Of a DNA stretch of 64,000 bases, positions 48,911 to 60,205 are shown piece after piece (position 1 is the first letter of the stretch; each line of letters opens with the position of its first letter). Source of the stretch: Vicugna vicugna (lineage: Eukaryota); the NCBI GenBank assembly GCA_013265495.1, contig MU058337.1, positions 4,878,716 through 4,942,715 on the forward strand, written 5' to 3'. The notes below the pieces were generated by a model, which saw only the letters and a program-made list of their open reading frames with translations, did no database searches and was not told the origin of the DNA. The position numbers were made by a program, and so were the translations under genes.

Positions 48911-51620
48911 GAAGGAGCCCAAAACCCGACCTCCCCTTGGGTTACAGAATCCAAGGAACTGGGGGGAAGACTGAATTATGAGAAAGTGCCTGGAAGGAAA
49001 ATAATTAACACAGCTATAATAACAAGAAGCTTAATCTCATTATTTTCAAATTATTATACTATACACATATATCATAAAGATTTAAAAAAAAACCTTCAAA
49101 GCAAACAAGGTTATGTTGTTTGGGGCAGTTGTACTAGATTTAAGAGGTCACTGTACTTAACATTTTGCTTCTTTGTAAAACCCATTACTAGCTTTAGGTA
49201 AATATGTTTGCTTTAATTGTAAAGTCATTTTAAAATTCCAAGTTTATAACGTCTGAAATGTCTAGATGACCTCGCTTCAATAATGGAAGGCAGAAGTAGC
49301 TACTCGTTCTGTTCAATATGACTTATTTCAGTGAATTTTTGAAAAAAGACACACTTTAATAGCCTTTTATTAAATGCAGCCATCTCTGCAGATGGCCTTC
49401 CCTTTTTAAGCAGGAGCTTGGAAACACAAAATACATGCACACCTAGTAAAACTGTAAAAACAAAGACTTGTGAAACAGAAAAAAAGGTAGACATGGAGAA
49501 AAATAGTTAACATGCCCCTTTTCTTCACCTTTTTTAATCTCATGGGTGATTAAGGATTACAGGTTTCTGGAAAAAATTACTTATGCATATCCCTTTTAAT
49601 AATCATGGTTAACGTACATGTAGATAACAGATTTCATTGTCGGTAATGTAGATATAACATAGTAAGGTGGGGAAAATAAGCTTAAGTAACCGAGTATGTT
49701 CTTTAATGTTAAATAGTATATTAAAGCCAATGATATCTGCATTGGAACCAAAACTACACACTCCCTTTAGAGTAAATCCTTTTCCCCAAAAGACACTTGT
49801 TAGTAAATATGGAGTAAATACCATGAATAACAGCTGAGCAGTAATTGCTTCCATGGAGAGATTGTGAATAAGTTCTGTAGAGCAGAAAGTGTCTAACCTC
49901 CCTGTAACCAGCCCTTGGCTGAACTTCTCCCACTTGACTGGTTGCAAGTCTGTGTAGTACTTTACCGCCTATTCCTGAGACAAAGAGAAAATGTGTGTTG
50001 GTTCAGAACTGCTTCCAGCGCTGCTTTCGGAAATGTGCCTCTCCTCTTTCCAGCAGTCACCAGGGAAGTGATGGTTACAAGTCTTGATTACCTAATGAGT
50101 TTTCTTTCCTCTGTTCTTCACACTGGATTGTGAGTCTAGTTTTTGCATTTCTTTTCTTGACCTTTCTGGAATGATAAGCAAAACAGCTTAAAGGGAAGAG
50201 GAAAAGGTAAGAAGCCACAGGAGCAAAAGCTACACTTGGTTTTGTCACTCCGAGTGTATCCTAGAAACCATGGATCTGTATTCAACCAAGCATAAAGTGT
50301 TTCTCTCCCAATCTCCTTTTCTGGGTGTCCTCCACCTGCCCCCCTCCTCCTGGACCTTCATATTTTCAGTTATCCAAGACAGACCGCTGTCAGGACACAG
50401 ACAGGAAATCGAGGAGAGGAGGCAGCAGCTGTTGTATATGCCTTTCAGACAGTTCATAGGATTTTCCCCCTGACTCTCTACCAGGGGACGCCACAGACGG
50501 CAGCTCAAATTGAAATGTCCCTCAGTCTGGCTGCTTTCTGTTGTCACTGGAATACTGTGACACCCTCCCCGCCCTTAGTATTCTGTGCTGACTTCTTCAG
50601 TATTCCGTTCCTGCTGCTGTTTTGTAGCAGCTACAGCCGCTGCCATCTCTTCCTCCAAGTGCTAGCGAGCAAATTTGGGAAGGGGGTCTTTCCGCACCAC
50701 CTTACCGCTTCTCCTCACCTTCCCCTCCTCCCTGCTTCTTTCTTGCTCTACTGCGGTTTCCAAATGACAAGCCTACCCTTCCTGACGGCAGAAAGGAGAG
50801 TCCGGCAAGTTTGGGTGGACTAGGTAAGGAGTGGAGGCGCCTCCCTCCTCAGGACACACTCTCCTCCCTCCCAGCCTCCCTCCTTTCCCCTCCTCCTTCC
50901 CGGGGTGGAGAGGCTCGAGTGCTGAAGGGATTAGAGGGGAGGGCGGAAACCACCTCGTGTTCCAACCGCAGCTGAGAGTTTCTGTGGACCAGGAGGCACG
51001 TTAAGATCCAGAAGCCCTAGCTAAGCCTCGGAAGCCTCGGAAAGCTGCTAGTTTCATCCAAGAAAAAGCGCACTGATAATTCCTTCAGTTCCACCTGCTT
51101 TGGCTCAGCCACTTAGCACCCCACCCCCTGCCATGCATTTGAGCTTTCTTTTATATTATTATTAATATCTTTAAAAGTCGTTGTCATATACATTTTCCTT
51201 TCTTTCTGAAGACTGGCATAGGAGGTGGACAGGAGCGGAGTGTAGTGGGGTGGGAACGAAGCGCTTTGATTAGAGATCTCCGGGGAGAAGATTGCTCTCT
51301 CCAGATGCTGATTTCCAAGGCACTTGACAATCACCGGCAGAATCCAAGAGTGGGCGGCGGCGGTGGCACTGGCCGGGGGGCAGCTCGAGTCAGACGCTGA
51401 GTCCTGCCCAGCGCGCCCTGGACGGACCGACGCGCGAGACCCGGCCGGGACCTGCCCTCCATCCTGTGCACTGGAAGAAGGCAGTCGGCTCTACCTCCCG
51501 TCCGGGAGGCGGGCAGGGCAGGAAGGCAGCGCGACTGGCGGTGGCGGCTCCCGAGAGGGATCCGGCGGCGCGCGGTGACCGGCGGTGCCCGCAGCTCCGG
51601 CCCCACTCCCGGCCCCGACG

Positions 51621-51647
51621 CGGCTGCGGCGGCGGCGGCGGCGGCGG
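51621..51647 (+). repeat. CGG-CTG-(CGG)7 trinucleotide repeat upstream of the FGF14-1a ATG
   Basis: cggctgcggcggcggcggcggcggcgg; pure (CGG)7 at 51627-51647. Confidence 0.95.
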
Positions 51648-51901
51648 ACACGACCTCGGGCTCCCCTCGCTCGCCCAGCCGCGACCCGGGCGCATTTGCG
51701 CGCCTGGACCTGCGCTCCGCAGGGAGGGCGATGGGTCCTAGTTGGGACTGAGGCCCCCTAACCCCCTCCCTAACTCCTCGGGCCTCCCCACTCCGCCTCC
51801 CCAAGGGCGAGCCGCCGCCTGCGCCGCCCCTTCCCTCTCCTGTGCCCCCAGCTCCCTGCCCTCTGTCCCCTCCCTCCTCCGGACCCAGTCCCGGGGCCAC
51901 C

Positions 51902-52094
51902 ATGGCCGCGGCCATCGCCAGCGGCTTGATCCGCCAGAAGCGGCAGGCGCGGGAGCAGCACTGGGACCGGCCGTCTGCCAGCAGGAGGCGGAGCAGCCCC
52001 AGCAAGAACCGCGGGCTCTGCAACGGCAACCTGGTGGATATCTTCTCCAAAGTGCGCATCTTCGGCCTCAAGAAGCGCAGGTTGCGGCGCCAAG
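51902..52094 (+). CDS. FGF14: Fibroblast growth factor 14 (FHF4) isoform 1a, first coding exon (64 codons + 1 nt; CDS continues beyond the window)
   Basis: Perfect Kozak GCCACCATGG; translates [64 protein letters not shown], matching the FGF14-1a N-terminus as I recall it; donor CAAG|gtctgt, phase 1, fits the following D-PQLKG of exon 2. Confidence 0.98.
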
Positions 52095-55000
52095 GTCTGT
52101 GTGGGTCACTGTTGGGAGGTGCGCCCTCGGATCTCTCCCGTCTCCCCGGCTGCTTGGGGCCTTTTCGGGCTCCCCTCCCTCTCTCCGTCTCGCCTCTCCT
52201 AATCCTCCACCCACTTCTCCCCAAATCTCCCTTCTGAGCGCTTGGAGCGCCTTCCGCCCTCGGGAGCTGGGAACCTGCTCTCAGGCAACCTGTAGCCACT
52301 GAAAACTCAACCCCGCCAGGAGCCGGCAAGTTGGCCGGCTCCCGCTGCTGCCTCCTGCTCCCCGAGTCTCATGCGGGCTGACTCCCAGAGAAAATTCCTT
52401 TCTACTCTGAGGGTCTTGGCTTCCCCGGGGCGTAGAGTTTGACACCAGAATGCTGGGGGGAAATCTGCCTCCCCAAACACCTTGGGGTCGCGCTGGCTGC
52501 TTCCAGCCTGATTGGAGATGTCAGGAATTTCTGGGTCTGGCCTCACTTGGCCTCCCAGGTCTCCTGGAAACCTCCTAGGCTCCCACACCTTGGCGAAACG
52601 TGGCGATTACCGCCTTGGCGCTCAGCAGGGGCTGGTGTACGAGAAGTGAGCGGAGGGTGTGTGTGAACTGAGAGCTAATTCAGTTGAGATTTCCCGGAAA
52701 GCTGCTTAGCGGGCAGCGTCGGTCAGTGTGAAGCCCCTGGGTCACATCTTGGGAAGAGGAGGGGGCGCGCAGAGTAGGGAGAACGAATCGATTTAGGGGT
52801 CTGCCATATATCCCTAAAGCGTGGTAGTTGTAATTCAAGGACTCGCGAATTGCAGGAGGCAAAACAAGCAGACACTACATGCAGATGACTAGAATAGTTG
52901 CCTTACTATACATCTCTTTTGGAAAACAACCAGTGCCCAGCATGACCTTCAGTTGCTGCCTTTAAAATGTCAGAGCCTGAGAAGGCAACTCACTCCGGAG
53001 CCGCAGCCCGGCAGCTTTTGTTCATCTCCGCTTGTCTCCACATCCAGTTGCTAGGGGTGGTTGTCTGGAGGGCATGTGGGGTGTTTTGTGGGAGAGATGG
53101 GGATTGCTTGCTTTTCATTCCTGAGTGGGCTCAGCAGGAAACACTGAAGACTATATTCACGTTAATAGGAGTATATGTTTGCCCAGCACATTATATTCTC
53201 GGTGCCCAGCTGTATTTATTTTAAATGCCCTGTTGTTCCAAAGACAAATGAGAGGAGCATATGCTGTACGTGTGTATCTATGTGAATGTGTGTGTGCATC
53301 CTACACATTTGCAGGTTTATGTTCCAAAGTTTTAATGCTTCTTTAAACAAAGGCTAGATAGATATATACATATGTTTAAATATATATATTTAAGTCTCTC
53401 ATTGTCACAATTACAAATTGGAGCTACCTGCTCTTGGAGTCAAGCTTAGAAGGCAAACATCTAAGAAAAATCAGAATGAAAGTCCTAAAGTAGATAAATT
53501 ATATAGCTATCATAGAAGGAACTTCTGGAGGAAGTATTTGGGGACAGTGACATTTTCAGACAAGTGTAGAAGCTATTAAGAAAAATGGACTTAATTTTCC
53601 ACTTCAGCCAGAGCCTGATCCATCCAAACCTTGATATTGTAAGACCAATGTGATTGTTTTAAACACTGTTGATCCATGGAGGGTCACATTATTATGACTT
53701 AAAGTGTTGGCTTCTCCTCTCATTTCATCTGATTATCTTTTAGGTCATAGTTTTCACCAGGGAGAGCTCCAATTTTACCATCTATTTGAAGTAAATAAAT
53801 ATATTTTCTTCCAGATAGGATTATTTTAATATAAAAGGTGATTAAAACTTACTGTATGTATTCTTTAAATATAGAACCAGTAGATTATTTTATAAACATG
53901 AACAATAAGTGTTCTGCATCATATTGGGTGATGAAGGAGGGTTTCCTTTATAGTTGTGAATTTTAAGATGGGGTAAACTTTTGACCAGGAATAGAAAGCT
54001 ACCTGGGCTCTCTAATAGTCTGTTTCACCATTTGCAACCCTGACTGCTCTTTTGGTATTCATGAGTTTGAAATGATGTACATGCCTCAATGATCAGTAAG
54101 AAAAATATATCCGAGATCGCTTTTGCTGCCTTATTTTTGGTGGAAAAATGGAAAAGAAGATAAGCTAAAAGGAAATTTCATCTTTTATCTTTCTTGGAGA
54201 TCTTATATATAAAGAAACATATGTTTTAGTGAAGAAAAATAGATATATCCCTTGAGCGTCAAAAAGAAATTATTAATTTAAGCAAAAGAAATATTAAAAC
54301 TATGTTATGTAAATTGCATATTGATATATAATTACGTGGTTTTATTTTTATATATAACTACATATAATTATTTTATTATTTAATTAAATATTCTTTTAGG
54401 AAATATTTTTAAGCATATTTACCTTTATCTTCTATGCTTACTCTTTGCATAGGAATTGACTCCAGGAAATTTTACAATTCTGATTTGTTCATTTAAAGTA
54501 TAACTTTAAGTATGACAGTTTTATATATCTTTATATTCAAAAATGATTAATTTGACAAACAGTTACAGAATCTCCTGTTCCAGGTATTATATGTGGAATG
54601 TTGAGAGATGAATCTCCTTCCATCGTGGGGCTTACAAACATGGGCTAGAAAGTCACTGCATATGGAAAGGAACAAGTTAATAAGAAATTACAAAACTCAA
54701 AGTCCTGAAAAGCACAGAGAGGGCTGAGGGAGAGGGCAGGTGATGTGGAGAGGGGCCTCACTAGATCAAGCAGACCAGATGGGCCACACCCAGAGCTACA
54801 GGTTAAAGGCTGATATCTGAGAAGGATGCGGAGGTTTGAAGAGTCATGTGTGTGTGAGGCCCCTGAGATGGGAACCATCTTAGCCTGTTGGGAAGAGAAA
54901 TATACATTTTTTAAATGTAGGGTTTTTTTTTTCCTTTTCAGTCCTCCTTGAATTAGTAATTTATTTAATATAAAAAGTATGACATATTTATTTATCCTTT

Positions 55001-58000
55001 TGGGTCAGGCCTTACCCCTGATGCTGACCACCTCCTGCCCCCGTAGCAGGATGGTTTTTATACCAGTTGAGATGCCCTGTAAAGGACGGAAATTTGCAAC
55101 ATGGCTTTTAGAGGGCGTGGTGGGCACTACAACTGTATCCCAACTTTCCGAATTCATCTTCCTCTGATTCCTCAGACTTCAGACATACTCAGAGTTCCTC
55201 GGATTCCTGTGCTTCTGTTTGTGCTTTACTCTGAGCGCAGACTCTTCTCTCTTCACCTGTTGAAATTATCCCCATTTCTTAAAGCTTGAAAACAATGCCA
55301 TCTCCTCGGAGAAGTCTTCCCCCATTGCAGAAGGTCAAAATTACCCTCCCATGGCAACAGTCCTCACTATTGTTGTTCATGCTCGATAATAATCAGTGGG
55401 CACACATATTCAGTAGGTTGTAGTTAGGAGTAAAGTCTGTTTTCTGCATTTTGTAGGCTCTCAGATCTTGACAGAGTGTCTGCCATGGCTAGATACTTGT
55501 CACTGCCTTCGAATTGAAGTGAAATAAGGAAGGCCAACATGTCCAAAGCTAGAAAAGTGTCTTTGAACCACAGTGATCTAACTAGACCACTTTAGAAGTA
55601 AATATACTTCTCAAAATTTTAATATCTCTTTTAATTTCCCTAATAAACCTTTTTTAAGAGTTTGGAATGTGATTACATATTTGTGAGTTATTCTCAAGAA
55701 TACAAGAATATAACGAACCACACTTTAATGCTTAATTAAATTATGAAAATAGATACTTAGAATATCTGTAGATTTAGCTAAAGAGAGAAGAAGGCGCAAG
55801 GAAACCAACAATTTGCAAAGAGTTTTATTATTTGGATTTTCAACAACAAAAAGGAGAATTAAAATAGAACCTATTTGCAATGATGAACGTTTTATCCTAG
55901 AAGTGTTACATTTTTGTTATTAGTTTTTAAACCAGATAAGAACTTTCTTTGTTGCGGGATAACAAACTTTCAGAGTCTTCGGTATAGCTAGTGCAACTGT
56001 ATTCTGAAACTTTTTTTTTTTTTTGTCTTCTGTCATAGGAGCCACGGTGTCATGTGTCATGTATGTTTGATCAGTAGTTGCGTGGGTATCTTAAGAACAC
56101 GTTTTACCTAAAATAAATTATAGGGTGTCCTAAGAAACAAAGAATGGAAAAGAAGCTACCTAAAATTTGCTTTGAAGTTACTCTGTCATATAAAATCAGA
56201 AATACATATTTTTTAAAGCTTTGCTTCACTGTGATAATGAAACCCATCAGCTATCTTAATGAAAGAGAAGTAGTCTTCCTTATTATGAGATAAGGAAAAG
56301 CCATGCCTGCCCACTCAAAAAATAATCAACAGCAAAGGGTAATCAAAAGTCCATTTTTTGGTGCTACTGCTTCTGAGCCATTACCATTGAAAATATAAAG
56401 ACCACCTATTTATTTGGACTCTTTAGGGCAAAATAAAACAAGAGAGTATTTTTCCCTCAAGGGGTCATCCTTCTTTTCTTTTGGAAGTGTTTTTTGTTTT
56501 TTTGTTTTTTTGTTTTTTTACTTTTTTAGGGCAATGTCTGTGGGAGTCCACCTATATAGCTTTTGATAATACCTGTTGCTGATTTTTTGATAATCAGGGT
56601 TTTATTATTTTAGTTGTATTAAAGCAAGACAAAATTATTGTTTTTCTGACTTGAAAGGTCTCATTTTTTAACAAGGAACATTTTGTCAAATGCAGGGTTT
56701 CTAAGAGAGATATTATGGGGAGATTACTGAATTGGTATATAAAAGAATGTTAAAGATTAAAAAAATGGTTGAACTTGCTTGCTTATATTTTTCTCTGTGG
56801 CTTAATTTTTATGATTTCAAACATTCCACATTTACTAGAGGCTTCTGAAAAAGGTTACTACCACTCTGGTGCCATAAATTAAGTGGTCCAGCATGTAAAA
56901 TATGAGATAGCATGGTAGGTCAGGTCAGAGGTAAGTAAGATTAAGTAAGATGGTTTGCTTTGGGTTAAGTTAGATTCATAGATTGAGTTGAGTTTATATA
57001 CATTAAGCAAATAGTGCTATTAATTGGTGAAGAAATCCTTTGCATTTCCCACTGTAAGATTCCAGAAGCACCAACTCCCCTCAAACCCCCCACTAGGTTA
57101 CCATTAATAGTTACAGGTTTTACTTTGTATTTCAGATTAGTAGAATTATTAGTATAGCCCTTCTACATATAGCTCCCGAATCCTGTTTCACTGTTAATTT
57201 TATTCTCTATTATGTCATCATAAGAAAATCATATTCAAATAGATATGGGCATCCCCTCTTCAGTGTAAAGTGGTATCTCCTAAATTTTATTTACCTAATT
57301 CAAAAATAATGGCAGAAATTTAAAGGAAAAGGTAGATGAAGTGTTTTTCAATCTGATTTTTCCATTTAGTTCTAAAATCTAGGTTTCATTCTAGGTATAC
57401 CTTATGTTAATTTCTCTCCAAATGGTGATAAATTTTAGCCAAAAAGGACTATAATATCTAAGTAGTACAAATTGTATATGATGTTTTGAATATTGTCATT
57501 TTAGCACTTAAGGGCTAAAAACAAAACAAAAACAAAAGCATAATGGTGAACTCAAACATACAAGAGACCATTTTAGGGAGGTTGATGGAATTTAAAGTCA
57601 ACTGCACTATGTTGGCATGACTGAAAAACAACTACTTTAGTGATTTTATCTATAGTGAGTCCAACGTTCTTTTTAAGAAATTCCGATTACATGAGTATGT
57701 CACCATTCACTCTTTGCTGGGGGTGAGAGGCTGGCAGTAGGTCATGATGGTAGTAGGAATCTGGACACCTTTTATAAAAACCATTTTATAATAGTTAGAC
57801 TGCTTTGTCATTCAGGAAGATTCTTTTCATAAAGCTATATTGTGTGAAACATTTTTTTGTGGAATTTGTGTTTCAACCTATGCTTTTATAGTTCTTTAAT
57901 ATCAGGTTTAATAGGGGCCCATATGGGACGACGATGAGGGACAGCCACTAAAAAGGCAGTGTCTCACCAGTGCCTGGCATATAACTAACACTCCATAGCA

Positions 58001-58129
58001 TCTGTTGAATGAATGAAAAATCCTGTATTTCTCAGGATTGCCATGGAACAGTGGCAAAGAGCGGCAGTTGAGATCAGTGTGCACACAGCAACAACTGTCG
58101 TTGACTGGATACTTCTTAATGTGTTAACA

Positions 58130-58385
58130 ACTACCTACATGACACTCTGTGTCAGGCACTGTGCCCTTGAGTACTAGTTCCTCCTCACAACAAGCCTGGT
58201 AGTAGGTATGCTACAGTTTCCATTCATTGATGATACACTAATGTTATCCATCCATCCATTTTATATGCGAGGTATCTGAAACCAAAGAAGATTGAGTAAA
58301 TTGTCCAAGTTCACATAAAGTTAAAGAATGGAGCTGGGATTAAAACTCATGTTGCCAGGCTGCCTTCAGAGTCCCCGCTCTTACC
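58130..58385 (-). mobile_element. MIR SINE
   Basis: tgtgtcaggcactgtgc...tcctcacaacaagcctggtagtaggta...ccattttatatgcgaggtatctgaaaccaaagaagattgagtaaattgtccaagttcaca. Confidence 0.75.
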
Positions 58386-59609
58386 CAGTGCCAGTTCTCA
58401 ACTGCCACATATTTTATTTCATTACTTCAATTAATTGAGATTCATCACCGTTTCATAGCAGAGGAAACTGAGGCTCAAAGAGTTGGTGTTTCACCAAAAG
58501 ACTTACACCTACGAGTGACACAAGTGGAATGCAAAAGCCAGTCTGTCCTTAAGTCCTCTGTTCTCCCCACTGCGCTGCACTCTCAGTTCTTTGTGACGTT
58601 GACATTAATGGAAGACACATTATTTCAAGGCACATGGTAGATACTCAACATAGGTATCTGTTGATTGGATGCATGTAATAATGTTATTTACTTTTTAATA
58701 TTGAGGGTGTAAGAAGGTTTGCCTGAAAGTAGAAACTTATTTGTGGGATTTGGGGGAAGAGATAAAAAAAAAATGCCATATTTTACCGAGCCATTTTTGA
58801 CATAGGAACGTAGCTTTGGTTTTCCAACAAGTGTTTGGAAGTGACACACATTTGATGTTATCTTCTCAATGAATTGCAGCATTGATCTGATATTCTGAAG
58901 GATTAGAGTGCTTTCATAAGCATGTAATGACTTTCATGTTATGCCTTTCACCAATTTTTAATTAATTTTCTTAGGTTATATATTTTCCACATTCTTATTT
59001 CTAATAAGTCTTATTGGTGACATACCTTATTGGCTTTATTGTACTTGATAAACTGAAGCAAACCACCAAAGTTTTAAGTTAATCATGAACATTGCAGGCT
59101 GTTAGAAGTCTCAATACTGTGTGTTTTCTGCTGCTTTTAAATTAACACATTGGTTCACAGTCCTTTTCTAATGAGTTCTTAGATCATATTCTTAATACCA
59201 ATACCAGAAGAATGTAATGTAGTCAAGGCCAAGTTGTTTGTAAATTGTATTACACACTTTATAGAAGTTGCGTATAGATGAATATTTAACTCTGAGACAG
59301 CCTTAAAAACCTAGTTGTATGTTATTTAGATATTTTATTAACTTGTATTTTCTGGTTTTTCCTTTCTTGTTACCTTGCTTACATAATAAAACTAATTGGT
59401 TAATCCAATTGCCCACCTGCTTTGTGCCTGTACCTACACAGCTGGTTTTGGCTGAAGAGAAACACACATAAGCATAGATTGGTTCGACTTTAAGTACGTA
59501 GTCAATAACATCAAGTGTGCCTTTGGTACATTAAATATATATATTTATATATATTTCCACTTAAATACGTTATATTTCTTACCTTCTTTCTCTTCAAACA
59601 TCTTATACT

Positions 59610-60205
59610 TCCTCCCCCATTGCTACCATCAACTATGTTCTTACTTCTGTCTTTCCTGAGAAAATAGAAATAATCAAAAATAAATTTGCATATACTCCAC
59701 AACTGCTTTTACAAACCCATCTGCAGATCTATCCATTTTTCCCCTTTTTCCTACTGAACTTGGGAATGAACTCCTAATGCTCCTATTTAACGTCAAGACC
59801 TCCACAAATTGAGGAACAGATCCTTTTCATCTGCTTAGAGACATCAGTCCAATAATATTTCCCTCTCTCTTCTGCATCATATCATTTCTGTATCCCACTG
59901 GATTATTCTCACCAGCATATAAATATGCTGTGATATATCTCAGCTTGAAAGTTAAGCTCCTCTTGATCGTGCATTCCTCTCTCACTATCTAAACCAATTA
60001 TCTTTTGTTCGCAAAATTTCTTGAAAGAGAAATCTCCAATTTCCCTCCTCTCAGTTGCTCTTGAACCCTTTCTAATCAGGTTTTTGCCACCCCATCCCCA
60101 CCCCCACCAACAGGCTGCTCTTGTCAAGGTCACCAAGGAACCACCTGCAACTGGTCAAACCCAAGTTGTTTATGCTCAGTCCTCATCCCACTTGTACAGT
60201 ATTTG
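59610..60205 (+). mobile_element. L2 LINE ORF2-region remnant
   Basis: ttcctgagaaaatagaaataatcaaa...ttgaaccctttctaatcaggtttttgccacc...gctgctcttgtcaaggtcaccaaggaacc...gctcagtcctcatc. Confidence 0.75.

Larger units (their letters stand above)
51330..52860 (+). promoter_or_regulatory. FGF14: CpG island / promoter and 5' UTR region of FGF14 exon 1A
   Basis: Very GC- and CpG-rich block spanning the exon 1A ATG; GC boxes (gggcgg near 50941 and 51352); exact TSS not determinable. Confidence 0.85.

Noticed and set aside
51331..52329. 332-aa antisense ORF across the CpG island
   Set aside because: Non-ATG start, Arg/Gly/Pro-rich low-complexity translation expected from stop-poor GC-rich DNA antisense to a real exon; no recognisable family.
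56928..56936. Consensus donor GAG|GTAAGT suggesting a hidden exon or recursive splice site
   Set aside because: No adjacent polypyrimidine acceptor or plausible exon; isolated donors are common in long introns (similar ones at ~6566 and ~42386).
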